Position numbers and translations under genes: made by a program | The notes under the pieces: model-generated | What the model was told of the DNA's origin: nothing | Seen by the model: the letters and a program-made list of their open reading frames with translations, nothing else | The model's database searches: none | Shown: piece by piece, positions 47,555 to 57,241 of the stretch | How the letters are laid out: every line of letters begins with the position of its first letter | Numbering within the stretch: the first letter of the stretch is position 1 | Origin: Alphaproteobacteria bacterium | GTDB taxonomy: Bacteria; Pseudomonadota; Alphaproteobacteria; Rickettsiales; UBA3002 | Assembly: GCA_022841525.1 (NCBI GenBank) | Contig: JALHRI010000001.1 | Span: 65,195 to 129,194 of the forward strand | Direction: 5' to 3' | DNA: 64,000 nucleotides

Positions 47555-49708
47555 TTATAATTGCCCCACGGTTTTGATTCGCGCGCGCGCGTGAATTTCG
47601 TTCTGCGACATCACCACGGTTTGCGGCTGGAAGCGAACCATGATCGAGCGCACATACGGACGAATCGCCGGCGAACAAAGTAATACCGGAGATTCCCCCT
47701 GCATGGCAAGCTGCTCGAATTTCTGGCGCACGGCGGTGATGAATTCCTGAATCCGCGTGGGCGCCATCGAGAGTACTTTTTCATCGCCATCACCGCCGGA
47801 AAGGCTTTCGATAAAGGCCTGCTCCCACACCGGCGACATGGCGAGAATGCTGATAAATCCTTCCTCATTCGTATTGGCATGGCTGATCTGACGCGCGAGG
47901 CGCGCACGCACATGCTCGGTCATCAGCAGGATGTTTTGCGTAATACGCGAGGATTCGGCAATCGCCTCCATAATCGTCGGTAAATCGCGGATGGACACAT
48001 GTTCGGAAAGCAAATTCTGCAAAATCCGCTGCACACCAGTGACGGTAATCTGCGACGGCACGGTTTCAGCAATCAGTTTTTGTTCTTCCTTACTTAAATC
48101 ATCGAGCAGTTTTTGCGTTTCGGCATACGAAAGCAGCTCGGACATATTGTCTTTAATAATCTCCGTCAGGTGGGTGGTAATCACGGTAGGTGGATCGACG
48201 ACGGTATAGTTACGAAACAGCGCTTCTTCGCGGTAATTCTCGCTCACCCACATCGCGGCTAACCCAAAGGTGGGCTCAATTGTTTCTTCGCCCGGCAGGG
48301 TGATTTTCCCGCCCGATGGATCCATCACCAGCAGCATATCCGGACGAATATCACCGCGTGCGGTTTCCACCTCTTTCACTTTAATGGCGTAAGTATTGGC
48401 AGGAAGTTGCATGTTGTCCTGAATGCGCACGGGCGGCATCACGAAGCCTAAATCCCGCGCGATTTGTTTGCGCAGCGCCTTAATCTGCTCCGTCAAACGG
48501 TGGCCTTTATTATAGTTGATCAGCGGTAAGAGGCCATAGCCAAGCTCCAGACGCAGACTATCAATTTGCAATGTTTCGGCGATTTTTTCATCCACCGTTG
48601 CAGGCTGGCTCGCGCCCGCGCTGCCTGCGGGCACCATCTCCCCGCTGGGGCTGCGCATCACCGTGCCAGCAGAAGTACCGGCGGCTTTGCGCAGAAGATT
48701 TTGTGAGTGCACATTAAACGCTAAGTAACCGGTAATGAGTGATAAGACGAAAAATGGCGCAAACGGAATGCCTGGCAGCAGCGAGAACACAAACAGCAGT
48801 CCGCTAGTGATACCAATGGGCGCGGGCATGCGCGAAAGCTGCCCGAGAACCGCTTTATCGGAGGACCCATCGACGCCGGATTTGGTCACCAGCATACCCG
48901 CAGCGGTGGAAACAATCAGTGCGGGCACCTGCGATACCAGCCCGTCACCAATCGTTAGAATGGTATAGGTGTTGACCGCTTCGCCTATCGATAAATCATT
49001 CAGTGCAGCACCAATGATAATGCCGCCAATGAGGTTGATGAAGGTGATGAGCAGGCCTGCAATCGCATCGCCGCGCACGAATTTGCTGGCACCGTCCATC
49101 GCGCCGAAGAAGGTGCTTTCATCTTCGAGTTCTTTACGGCGGGCTTTGGCGTCTTTATCGTCAATGAGTCCGGCGGATAAATCAGCATCGATCGCCATTT
49201 GTTTACCGGGCATGGCATCCAGGCTGAAGCGTGCAGAAACTTCGGCAATACGGCCAGATCCCTTCGTAATCACCACGAAATTAATGATGGTGAGAATCGC
49301 AAAAATAATCATCCCAATCAGCACCGAGCCTTCGGTGATGAAACTGCCAAACGCCGCAATCACTCCGCCGGCGGCATGGGTGCCTTCATGGCCATGCGCT
49401 AAAATCAGGCGCGTGGTGGCGATGTTGAGGGCGAGCCTGAGCATGGTAACGACAAGAAGAATCGTGGGGAATGCGCTCATTTCCAGGGGTTTATTCACAA
49501 ATAGCGCCGTCATCAGCACGATGATCGAAGCGGTGAACGAAATACTCAGCAGTAAATCAAGCAGTAGCGGAGGGATCGGAAAAATCAGTACCGTGAGAAT
49601 GCCGATAATCCCCACCGCGAATAAAATATCGCTGCGCTGCATGGTGCTGCGCGCCTGCCTGCTGAGAGCGGGCAAATTGAAGCGTTGTGCTGCGGGATTT
49701 TCCGCCAT
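47555..49708 (-). CDS. flhA: Flagellar type III export protein FlhA
   Basis: 717 aa; multi-TM N-terminal half and FHIPEP-type cytoplasmic domain. TGATG overlap with the flbD stop. Confidence 0.95.
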   Translation of the reverse strand: MAENPAAQRFNLPALSRQARSTMQRSDILFAVGIIGILTVLIFPIPPLLLDLLLSISFTASIIVLMTALFVNKPLEMSAFPTILLVVTMLRLALNIATTRLILAHGHEGTHAAGGVIAAFGSFITEGSVLIGMIIFAILTIINFVVITKGSGRIAEVSARFSLDAMPGKQMAIDADLSAGLIDDKDAKARRKELEDESTFFGAMDGASKFVRGDAIAGLLITFINLIGGIIIGAALNDLSIGEAVNTYTILTIGDGLVSQVPALIVSTAAGMLVTKSGVDGSSDKAVLGQLSRMPAPIGITSGLLFVFSLLPGIPFAPFFVLSLITGYLAFNVHSQNLLRKAAGTSAGTVMRSPSGEMVPAGSAGASQPATVDEKIAETLQIDSLRLELGYGLLPLINYNKGHRLTEQIKALRKQIARDLGFVMPPVRIQDNMQLPANTYAIKVKEVETARGDIRPDMLLVMDPSGGKITLPGEETIEPTFGLAAMWVSENYREEALFRNYTVVDPPTVITTHLTEIIKDNMSELLSYAETQKLLDDLSKEEQKLIAETVPSQITVTGVQRILQNLLSEHVSIRDLPTIMEAIAESSRITQNILLMTEHVRARLARQISHANTNEEGFISILAMSPVWEQAFIESLSGGDGDEKVLSMAPTRIQEFITAVRQKFEQLAMQGESPVLLCSPAIRPYVRSIMVRFQPQTVVMSQNEIHARARIKTVGQL

Positions 49709-51063
49709 CAGGTGCCGTAAAGTTTCAGTTTATTACGCAGTGTGCGAATCGAAATTCCCAGAATCTGTGCCGCTTGCGTGCGGTTGCCCAGGCAGTGTGT
49801 CAGCGTATCCATAATCAGCTCACGCTCGACATCTTCAACCGTGCGACCCACCAGCCCGCTGGGTTTTGAAGTGGCGGCTGCGCTTTCAGTCGCCGCATGT
49901 TGATTGGCGCTAGGCGCAGCGGCAGACTGTGGCGTAGCCGCTGCCGCAGGAGTAGGTTGCGCCGCCGTCACAGGCAGCATGATGGCTGCTGCATCAATAA
50001 GGTTGCCCTGCGCCATCAGCACCGCGCGGTGCATAATATTTTCCAGTTCGCGTACATTGCCCGGCCACTGGTAAGCGCGCAGTTTAGAAAGCGCCGCCTG
50101 ATCCAGTTTGCGTGATGGCATGCCGTTGGCTTTAGAGTATTTTTCGATGAAAAAATTGGCCAGCGGCGGTATATCATCCGGCCGTTCGCGCAGCGATGGA
50201 ATCGCCAGATTGATCACGTTGAGGCGGAAATATAAATCCTCGCGGAACGTGCCTTTTTTGACCTCAGAGATGAGATCACGGTTGCTGGTAGCTAAAATGC
50301 GGATGTTGATTTTAACGGGCTTGCTACCGCCCACGCGGTCGATCTCGCGTTCTTGAATGGCGCGCAGAAGCTTGGCCTGCAGGCCAATATCCATCTCGCT
50401 GATTTCATCCAGTAGCAGTGTGCCGTTATTGGCTTCTTCAAATTTACCTAAGCGGCGCGAGAGCGCGCCGGTAAAGGCGCCTTTTTCATGGCCGAATAAT
50501 TCAGATTCCATCAGATTCCCTGGAATCGCGGCACAGTTCACTGCGATGAATGGCTTACTCGCGCGCGGGCTTTTGCTGTGTAAAAACCGCGCCAGCACTT
50601 CTTTCCCCGTGCCGGATTCGCCGGTAATCAACACGCTGGCGTCAGAGGGGGCGATTTGCTCGGCCATTTTTAGCGTTGCCGCCATTTGCGCTGAGCCATG
50701 AATGACCTGATGGCTTTCTTGCGAAATGGCTTCCAGTACCGCGGCGATCAATTCTTCATCCGGCGGCAGCGGCAGATAATCTTTCGCGCCGGCGCGAATC
50801 GCTGCCGCAGCCATGCGTGCATCGGCATGAATGCCGCAGGCGACAATCGGCACGATAATGCGCTCAGCCAGCAAGCGGTTTGCAAGCCCCGCAATATCCT
50901 GATGCACTTCCACCAGCAGTAAATCTGCGCCAGAGCCTTCACAAAGCAGCTGGTAGGCGCTTTCAATATCGTTTGCCTGAATCACCCGCGCACCGCGCGC
51001 ACGCGCAATGCGGCTGGCGCCGGCAATTTGTCCGTCAAGATCTCCGATAATGAGTACGCGCAT
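49708..51063 (-). CDS. flbD: Sigma-54-dependent flagellar activator, FlbD/FleQ-like, with a degenerate receiver domain
   Basis: AAA+ motifs GESGTGKE and GAFTGA; C-terminal HTH (AAQILGISIRTLRNKL). The receiver-like N-terminus has Glu52 (LLLVEVH) where the phospho-Asp is expected. Confidence 0.85.
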   Translation of the reverse strand: MRVLIIGDLDGQIAGASRIARARGARVIQANDIESAYQLLCEGSGADLLLVEVHQDIAGLANRLLAERIIVPIVACGIHADARMAAAAIRAGAKDYLPLPPDEELIAAVLEAISQESHQVIHGSAQMAATLKMAEQIAPSDASVLITGESGTGKEVLARFLHSKSPRASKPFIAVNCAAIPGNLMESELFGHEKGAFTGALSRRLGKFEEANNGTLLLDEISEMDIGLQAKLLRAIQEREIDRVGGSKPVKINIRILATSNRDLISEVKKGTFREDLYFRLNVINLAIPSLRERPDDIPPLANFFIEKYSKANGMPSRKLDQAALSKLRAYQWPGNVRELENIMHRAVLMAQGNLIDAAAIMLPVTAAQPTPAAAATPQSAAAPSANQHAATESAAATSKPSGLVGRTVEDVERELIMDTLTHCLGNRTQAAQILGISIRTLRNKLKLYGT

Positions 51064-51110
51064 GAAACGTCCCTTTAAGTGTTGGTCATTTGCTTAACGT
51101 GCGAGGAAAA

Positions 51111-51127
51111 AGCAAAACAACGCGCCT
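51111..51127 (-). promoter_or_regulatory. Sigma-54 (-24/-12) promoter in front of flbD
   Basis: Minus strand reads AGGCGCGTTGTTTTGCT, with GG-N10-GC spacing and a TTGCT -12 box. Lies in the 68-bp fliN-flbD spacer. Confidence 0.6.
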
Positions 51128-51131
51128 GCGA

Positions 51132-51428
51132 TTATTTTTCTGTTTTAATAATTTCAGTCATCGTGACGCCAATTTTATCTTCTACCACCACGACTTCGCC
51201 GCGCGCAACCAGACGGTTATTGACATAAATATCGACGGGCTCGCCCACTTTACGATCAAGCTCTACCACCGCGCCGCGGCCTAGTTTGAGCAGCTGATTG
51301 ACCTGCATACTGGTTTTACCAAGCACCACCGAAATTTGCACCGGTACATCGCTCACCGCATCAAGCGTGACGTTGCCTTCATTGGTTTCGGTAAACGCAT
51401 TCATCATATCCACTTCGGTATCGGCCAT
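51132..51428 (-). CDS. fliN: Flagellar motor switch protein FliN
   Basis: 98 aa; SpoA domain (VPVQISVVLGKTSM..LLKLGRGAVVELD..GEPVDIYVNNRLVARGEVVVV). Confidence 0.92.
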   Translation of the reverse strand: MADTEVDMMNAFTETNEGNVTLDAVSDVPVQISVVLGKTSMQVNQLLKLGRGAVVELDRKVGEPVDIYVNNRLVARGEVVVVEDKIGVTMTEIIKTEK

Positions 51429-51431
51429 AAT

Positions 51432-52124
51432 TTACTCCTGTGCGGGTGAGGGGGTGGCGGGAAGAGAAAACTGCGCAATCAGCGCTTCCATCTCTGCCCA
51501 TGCTTGGGTGTGGGTTTGTTCGATATGTCCGTAGTCCCATTGCAGGCGAACATCAAATGCTTCCAGCGTGTCGTCGCGGCGAACATTCAGCGCGCCGGTA
51601 AAGCCCATGCGCGCGAGCATCGGATCAAGTGCAGCGCTCACCGCATCCGCCAGCTCAGGATGCAGGTGCAGGGTGAGCGATGGCTTGCGCAGTAAAATCT
51701 CAACGTTGCGATCCAAAAATTCCTGCAGATAGTGTTCCTGATGCTGCGTTAAATGCAGATGCACCAAGCGCTTGGCCATCATCAGCGCAAGTTTGAGTGT
51801 TTCTTTCTGCTCCGCCTCAAGCACCGCGGCAAAATGCCCCTGCATCTCGCGTAGTTGCGTAGCCACGGCTTGCAGCACTTCCAGCGTGGCAGTTTCGCGC
51901 GCGGCCTGCTCGGCGTTTTCCTGCGCTTTCGCATCTTGCATGCCTTCGGCGTAGCCTTGCTGATGCGCGGCCTCTTTCGCGGCGAGCATTTCCGTATCAT
52001 TATAGCTTGGCGGCGGCGGAGGCGGGGGTAAATCTTCTTCGATGATCAGGGGTGCTTCCGGCATTTGCTGCGCAAAGAAATCCTTCAGGAAGATACCGTC
52101 AAATCTCTGGATACGTGATTGCAT
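51432..52124 (-). CDS. fliH: Flagellar assembly protein FliH
   Basis: 230 aa; Ala/Glu-rich coiled-coil N-terminal half. Conserved position between fliG and fliN. Confidence 0.65.
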   Translation of the reverse strand: MQSRIQRFDGIFLKDFFAQQMPEAPLIIEEDLPPPPPPPSYNDTEMLAAKEAAHQQGYAEGMQDAKAQENAEQAARETATLEVLQAVATQLREMQGHFAAVLEAEQKETLKLALMMAKRLVHLHLTQHQEHYLQEFLDRNVEILLRKPSLTLHLHPELADAVSAALDPMLARMGFTGALNVRRDDTLEAFDVRLQWDYGHIEQTHTQAWAEMEALIAQFSLPATPSPAQE

Positions 52125-52145
52125 GTAGTATTTCCTGATGATTCC

Positions 52146-53183
52146 TTAATAGACCAACTGATCATCGGCGCCGTCGCCAGCGATGACGATTTCGCCTTTC
52201 GCCGCCAGATCTTTTGCTACCTGAACGATGGACATTTGGGCTTCATCCACCTCTTTCAAGCGTACAGGACCCATGGCTTCCATATCCTCGCGCAGGATTT
52301 TCGCCGCGCGCTCTGACATGCTTTTGAAGAACAGATCTTTGATGGCTTCCGACGCGCCTTTCATCGCGGTGGCGAGCTTATCTTTATCCACACCACGCAG
52401 CAGCGCCTGAACACCACTGGGGTCGATTTTGATGAGGTCTTCGAAGGTGAACATGAGGTTGCGGATTTTTTCCGCCGATTCTGAATTACGCTCTTCGAGC
52501 ATGCCCATGAATTTCGACTCGGTATTGCGATCAAAATTGTTGAAGATTTCGGCCATGATTTCATGCGTATCGCGGCGCTGGGTTTTCGCCAGATTGCTCA
52601 TGAACTCGACGCGCAGCGTCTTTTCAATCCCATCGAGCACTTCTTTTTTCACCGATTCCATACTGAGCATACGGGTCATGACGTCCATCGCCAGCTCATC
52701 GGGGAATACCGATAAAATACGTGCGGTGTGATCCGCGCGCACTTTGGAAAGTACGAGCGCAATGGTCTGCGGATATTCGTTTTTAAGAAACGCCGCGAGG
52801 ACTTCTTCGTTGACGTTGCCCAGCTTATCCCACGTGGTGCGGCCCGCCGGGCCGCGAATATCTTCCATGATGGCATCCACACGGTCTTTGCCGAGGGCTT
52901 TCATGAGCAGGCGCTCGGTGGAATCATAGGTGCCCACCACCACGCCAGTCGATGACATGGACTCCACATACTCAATCATCAGACGCTCGACCGTTTCTGC
53001 GCTGACGGTGCCCAGCGACGCCATGGTGGTAGAGAGTTCTTTAATCTCCTCGTCCTCCAGCATGCCAAACATTTTGCTGACGTTCTCTTCATCGAGTGAC
53101 ATCATCAAAATCGCCGCTTTTTGATTGCCGGTGAGTTTTTTGTAATCGTCTTTGCCGCGATCACCTGCTGAAGATACTGACAT
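52146..53183 (-). CDS. fliG: Flagellar motor switch protein FliG
   Basis: 345 aa; typical FliG three-domain sequence ([14 protein letters not shown].., MFTFEDL, C-terminal charged helix). Confidence 0.94.
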   Translation of the reverse strand: MSVSSAGDRGKDDYKKLTGNQKAAILMMSLDEENVSKMFGMLEDEEIKELSTTMASLGTVSAETVERLMIEYVESMSSTGVVVGTYDSTERLLMKALGKDRVDAIMEDIRGPAGRTTWDKLGNVNEEVLAAFLKNEYPQTIALVLSKVRADHTARILSVFPDELAMDVMTRMLSMESVKKEVLDGIEKTLRVEFMSNLAKTQRRDTHEIMAEIFNNFDRNTESKFMGMLEERNSESAEKIRNLMFTFEDLIKIDPSGVQALLRGVDKDKLATAMKGASEAIKDLFFKSMSERAAKILREDMEAMGPVRLKEVDEAQMSIVQVAKDLAAKGEIVIAGDGADDQLVY

Positions 53184-53195
53184 CGAAACCTCCCC

Positions 53196-54818
53196 TTAAC
53201 CCATCAACCACTGACGCAGAATTTGCACGGTTTCTTCGGGATGTTTTTCCACCAGATTATTAATCTTCTTGTAGGTCGAAGAGCGCACTTTGCCTTGAAT
53301 GCGGTCGATATTGATCATGTCTTCGTCGGCCTCTTCATCGCCGGCGCTTTGATCCGTCAGGCGCTCAAGTGAGGCAGCCGATGACGCCAGTAATTTCTGA
53401 TCTTCCTCTTCCAGTTCTTGCGCAATAGCCGCATTTTCCAGTGCGCGTACTACCAGCGGGCGAATCACCAGCAGAATCGCAAGAATGGCCACACCCCCCA
53501 GCACCAGCGTTTGAATAATGCCGGTGAGGTCGTCTTTCAGCCAGGCAAGCTGATCTTCCTCAAGCAGCGATTCTTCCGTGGCGGCAAAGCGCATATTGAC
53601 CACGCGTACTTCATCACCACGCGCCGCATCAAAGCCAATGGCTGATTTGACGAGGTTGGTGAGTGTCTCAATTTCTTTGGCGCTACGCTCGCTATATTGC
53701 TGCGCGCCGTCTTTGCCTTCGGCGTAAATACCGTCTACCAGCACCGCCACGCTCAAGCGTTTTACCGTGCCCGTCTCTTTTACCGAATTGACCACTTCTT
53801 TAGAAATTTCGTAGTTGGTGGTTTCTTCGGCGCGGTTTGCATCACGCTGCAGGGTATTGCCAGCAACATCGGAAGCATTGGCGTTAGGCAGGTTATTTGC
53901 CACCGATACATTCTGATTTTTGTTCGATTCATTTTCGCGCTCGTTCTCTGACACAGACTGAACCGAGCGCGCGACCTGACCTTCAGGGTCATAGACTTCT
54001 TTATTGCGTACGGTGCGGTCAAAATCGATCTGTGCCGTAACTTCGGCCTTCACTTTCCCCGAGCCGATCGATTGCTCAAGCAAGCGCTCAATCGTGCTGC
54101 GTACCTTTTTTTCATAGGCGGTGCGGAAGTCTTCGGCATCATCGCTCATGGTGCTGGCGTCTTGTTCATCGCCACCTTTGGCGAGCAGTTGGCCGCGGCT
54201 ATCCACAATCGTCACGTTGTGCGGCTTCAGGCCAGGCACGGCGGTGGCGACTAAATGGCGAATGGCGGCCACTTCGCGCTTACCAATCGAAGAAGAGCGC
54301 AGGCGCATCGCCACCGATGCTGAAGGCTCCACATTATCGCGGGCGAACAGCTCGCGCTTGGGCATTACCAGATGCACGCGTACCTGATCGACAATATCCA
54401 TCTCTTTGATCGTGCGCGCCAGCTCGCCCTCGAGCGCGCGAATCTGGTTCACGTTAAGCACAAAATTGGAGGTGCCCAGCATGTCGGCATTATCGAAAAT
54501 CTCGTACCCCACAATCGAGCCGGAAGAGGGCAGCCCCATCTCGGCCATCTCAAGTCGCAGGCGGTTGACCTGATCGGTCGGCACCAGAATTTGACTACCA
54601 TTGGCGCGAAGTTCGTAGGGGATATTTTTGGCATCAAGCTCCGCCACAATCCGTCCGCCGTCAGCTAGCGGAACGTTGGAGAATAGCGGCGTCATGACCG
54701 GAGCGGAGAGGCGAAGCGCTAGAAACGTGAAAAATCCGATCATGACGAACGCGGCACCAATCAGTGCAGCGATTTTCATTTGATTCATCTCGCGGAAGTT
54801 TTGGACGATGGCGTTCAT
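53196..54818 (-). CDS. fliF: Flagellar MS-ring protein FliF
   Basis: 540 aa; N-terminal TM helix, YscJ/FliF periplasmic domains, second TM helix, C-terminal FliG-binding tail. Confidence 0.94.
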   Translation of the reverse strand: MNAIVQNFREMNQMKIAALIGAAFVMIGFFTFLALRLSAPVMTPLFSNVPLADGGRIVAELDAKNIPYELRANGSQILVPTDQVNRLRLEMAEMGLPSSGSIVGYEIFDNADMLGTSNFVLNVNQIRALEGELARTIKEMDIVDQVRVHLVMPKRELFARDNVEPSASVAMRLRSSSIGKREVAAIRHLVATAVPGLKPHNVTIVDSRGQLLAKGGDEQDASTMSDDAEDFRTAYEKKVRSTIERLLEQSIGSGKVKAEVTAQIDFDRTVRNKEVYDPEGQVARSVQSVSENERENESNKNQNVSVANNLPNANASDVAGNTLQRDANRAEETTNYEISKEVVNSVKETGTVKRLSVAVLVDGIYAEGKDGAQQYSERSAKEIETLTNLVKSAIGFDAARGDEVRVVNMRFAATEESLLEEDQLAWLKDDLTGIIQTLVLGGVAILAILLVIRPLVVRALENAAIAQELEEEDQKLLASSAASLERLTDQSAGDEEADEDMINIDRIQGKVRSSTYKKINNLVEKHPEETVQILRQWLMG

Positions 54819-54952
54819 GCCTGCTCCACGTGCTGAATTGATCGTTTTAACGGCGTTATATAATGTTTTAAGTCAGAATTAGGCAAGATTTGCCCACTTT
54901 TAGAAAATGGCATAATTTAACCGCCGTGGCAAGCACAATTTTTGGTGAATAC

Positions 54953-54969
54953 TAGGTAATAATTACCTA
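54953..54969. promoter_or_regulatory. Perfect 8-1-8 AT-rich palindrome in the fliF upstream region (candidate operator)
   Basis: TAGGTAAT-A-ATTACCTA. A related GGTAATTAC lies at 55025-55033 and gcaattgc at 54975-54982. Confidence 0.35.
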
Positions 54970-55040
54970 CCCTTGCAATTGCCTAATGTGCAATCACGGA
55001 ATGTAAACTGTGCATAACTACTGGGGTAATTACTTCAAAC

Positions 55041-55442
55041 TTAGGCAAAACTGCCACGGAGCGCATTCGGTGCGGACTTGGAAACCGGCATTTCTGGCGC
55101 GTGGGTGCGACGGATAATGGCAGCAAAATCATGCAGAAACACCGATCCGGCGATGGTGCGCTGAATATAGACATTGCGGCGATCGGTTTCGTCTTTCTTA
55201 CGGCGCACAAAATCCATCCGCGACAGGGCATCCAGCGCGCGGCAAATGGCGGGCTTGCTAATGCCCAGGCGCAGCGCCATCGAGCGCACAGTGTGCGGTG
55301 GCGGCGCCATATAGACGGTCAGCAGCACGGCCATCTGGCGCTGTGAGAGGTCGTAAGGAAGCTCACTCAGTGCGGTGGTGGTGACTTCATACCACTGCGA
55401 CAGGGCGCGTAATTGTTCGTCACTGTTATTCGTTTCGTTCAT
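55041..55442 (-). CDS. MarR-family transcriptional regulator
   Basis: wHTH region (VRSMALRLGISKPAICRALDALSRMDFVRRKKDETDRRNVYI). ATG 55442 (MNETNN..) preferred; 55466 is possible. Confidence 0.7.
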   Translation of the reverse strand: MNETNNSDEQLRALSQWYEVTTTALSELPYDLSQRQMAVLLTVYMAPPPHTVRSMALRLGISKPAICRALDALSRMDFVRRKKDETDRRNVYIQRTIAGSVFLHDFAAIIRRTHAPEMPVSKSAPNALRGSFA

Positions 55443-55490
55443 GGAACGATAAGTAACGCATGCCATAGAAATGGCAAGAAAAATATACGT

Positions 55491-56843
55491 CTAGCAATAG
55501 CGATGTTTCAAGAACCGGTAGAGCGCGCGTAAGCCAAGCGCTTCGCCGCCCACTGGCCGCCCGGGCGCGCTTTCGGCATTCCATGCATAACTATCGATAT
55601 GCAGCCATTTTGTGCTGGGGCGCACGAAACGATTAAGATAGAGCGCTGCGGTAATGGCACCGGCCATGGTGTAATTCGGCGAATTGGTGATATCGGCAAT
55701 CTGGCTGGTGACGAATTTATCGTAACCCTTCCATAACGGCAAATGCCAGAGCGGATCATGCTCGTGAAGTGCTGTGCTCATCAGCTCGCGCGCCAGCTCG
55801 TCGTGATTGGAAAAAAGCGCCGGAAGTTCTGCGCCAAGTGCAGTGCGCGCTGCGCCGGTGAGGGTCGCCACATCAATGATCAGCGCAGGGTCTTCGTGAT
55901 CTGCCTCGCTTAGCGCATCACATAAAATCACGCGACCTTCAGCATCGGTGGAGCCGATTTCCACTTTCAGCCCGGCACGCGTATCGATAATATCTTGCGG
56001 GCGGAAAGCATTGCCCGCAATGCTGTTTTCTACCGCCGGAATCAGCACGCGCAGGCGCAGCGGCAGATTCATTTCCACCAGTAATTTGAACAAACCCAGC
56101 ACCAGCGCCGCGCCGCCCATATCTTTTTTCATCAACTTCATCGAGCTGTAGGGCTTGATATCAAGCCCACCCGTATCAAAACAGACGCCTTTGCCCACTA
56201 GCGTCACCTGCGGATGGCCAGCGTTACCGTGGCGAAGCTCAATCAGTCTGGGGGCTTGCTCTGCCGCGCGCCCAACCGCGTGAATGGCCGGGTAATGATG
56301 CGCCAGTAAATCCTCGCCGACTATCTGGTCATACGAAGCGCCCAGCGCCTCAGCGAGCAATTTGGCCTCATGCGCCAGCGCTTCAGGCCCCATATCGTTG
56401 GTGGGGGTGTTGATGAGATCGCGCACGTAATAAATCGCAGAGGCGACGGCCAGCATCTCGCGCTGATCCAGCGCTTCGGGCAACACTAAGCTCACAGCTT
56501 TCTTGTCGCTCTTTTTATAGCGGTCGTACTGATATTGCGCGAGCAGCACGCCAAGTGCGAGTTGTTCAATCGTCGCTAGCGGCAGATCGGCGTGAATATG
56601 GTAGGCGCCTTCGGGCACATTCGCCGGCACATGCGCGAGCGAGTAAAGATTCGGCGATTCATCGATGCCGGCCAGCACATAGGCAATCTCGCCATGCGCG
56701 CTAGGCACAATCAGAATGCTGCCTGGCTCAGCGTTAAATTGGTGTTTGGCCACCCATGCCTGCGCCAGCGTGCTTGCCGAGGAAAGAAAATGCGGTAGCG
56801 CCGCAGCGGTGAGGGGGATAATCGGAGTCGAATCAACAGACAT
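55491..56843 (-). CDS. M17-family leucyl aminopeptidase (PepB-like)
   Basis: VGKGVCFDTGGLDIKP and STDAEGR metal-site motifs. ATG 56843 preferred over the GTG at 56894. Confidence 0.88.
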   Translation of the reverse strand: MSVDSTPIIPLTAAALPHFLSSASTLAQAWVAKHQFNAEPGSILIVPSAHGEIAYVLAGIDESPNLYSLAHVPANVPEGAYHIHADLPLATIEQLALGVLLAQYQYDRYKKSDKKAVSLVLPEALDQREMLAVASAIYYVRDLINTPTNDMGPEALAHEAKLLAEALGASYDQIVGEDLLAHHYPAIHAVGRAAEQAPRLIELRHGNAGHPQVTLVGKGVCFDTGGLDIKPYSSMKLMKKDMGGAALVLGLFKLLVEMNLPLRLRVLIPAVENSIAGNAFRPQDIIDTRAGLKVEIGSTDAEGRVILCDALSEADHEDPALIIDVATLTGAARTALGAELPALFSNHDELARELMSTALHEHDPLWHLPLWKGYDKFVTSQIADITNSPNYTMAGAITAALYLNRFVRPSTKWLHIDSYAWNAESAPGRPVGGEALGLRALYRFLKHRYC

Positions 56844-56984
56844 AGAATAATATAAAATAGCAGGAAGTGGTGAATCGTGAACGTAAGTTAACACGCACCA
56901 TCTTACGGTAATGCACGCACGTCAAATAAAAACGGGGTAAAGTAGCAGGATGCAGACACAAGATGTAAGCAAATGCTAAACAAA

Positions 56985-57061
56985 TGGCGCACCCGGAGGG
57001 ATTCGAACCCCAAACCTCCTGATCCGTAGTCAGGTGCTCTATCCAGTTGAGCTACGGGTGC
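56985..57061 (-). tRNA. tRNA-Arg (anticodon ACG)
   Basis: Minus strand folds as a cloverleaf. Acceptor GCACCCG/CGGGTGC, D arm GCTC..GAGC, anticodon arm CCTGA-CTACGGA-TCAGG, T loop TTCGAAT, encoded GCCA 3' end. 77 nt. Confidence 0.9.
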
Positions 57062-57241
57062 GCGTCAAGGCCGCGACATCTAGCAAAGATTTTGTAAATG
57101 ACAAGCCTTTATCGAGTCGGTTTCGTAAAATCTGCAACACTAAGGGTCTTTTACGACCCGAAACCGTAATTTACATCGTCTGCGTTTTGACAGCTGGCGC
57201 ATAAACGTCAATCTATAGAACAACAAAAAGGAGCATTACTT

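Noticed and set aside
48969-49814. Long antisense or alternative-frame ORFs inside confirmed genes (for example 48969-49814 in flhA, 57818-58486 in the MCP gene, 12896-13540 over rpsD, 10303-10797 in pheA, 33796-34269 over fliL)
   Set aside because: These are typical shadow ORFs of GC-rich coding DNA. Their products are low-complexity or Arg/Ser/Ala-rich, lack RBSs, and overlap genes with clear homology.
54847-54926. TTAAC-containing motifs upstream of fliF as possible CtrA boxes
   Set aside because: Neither copy shows the TTAA-N7-TTAA(C) spacing. They are noted only as direct repeats.
57116-57166. Imperfect inverted repeat cggtttcgtaaaa..ttttacgacccgaaaccg between tRNA-Arg and the MCP gene
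   Set aside because: Bulged, single-copy in this window, and unrelated to the GTCA-capped families. It could be a terminator or operator, but there is no supporting context.
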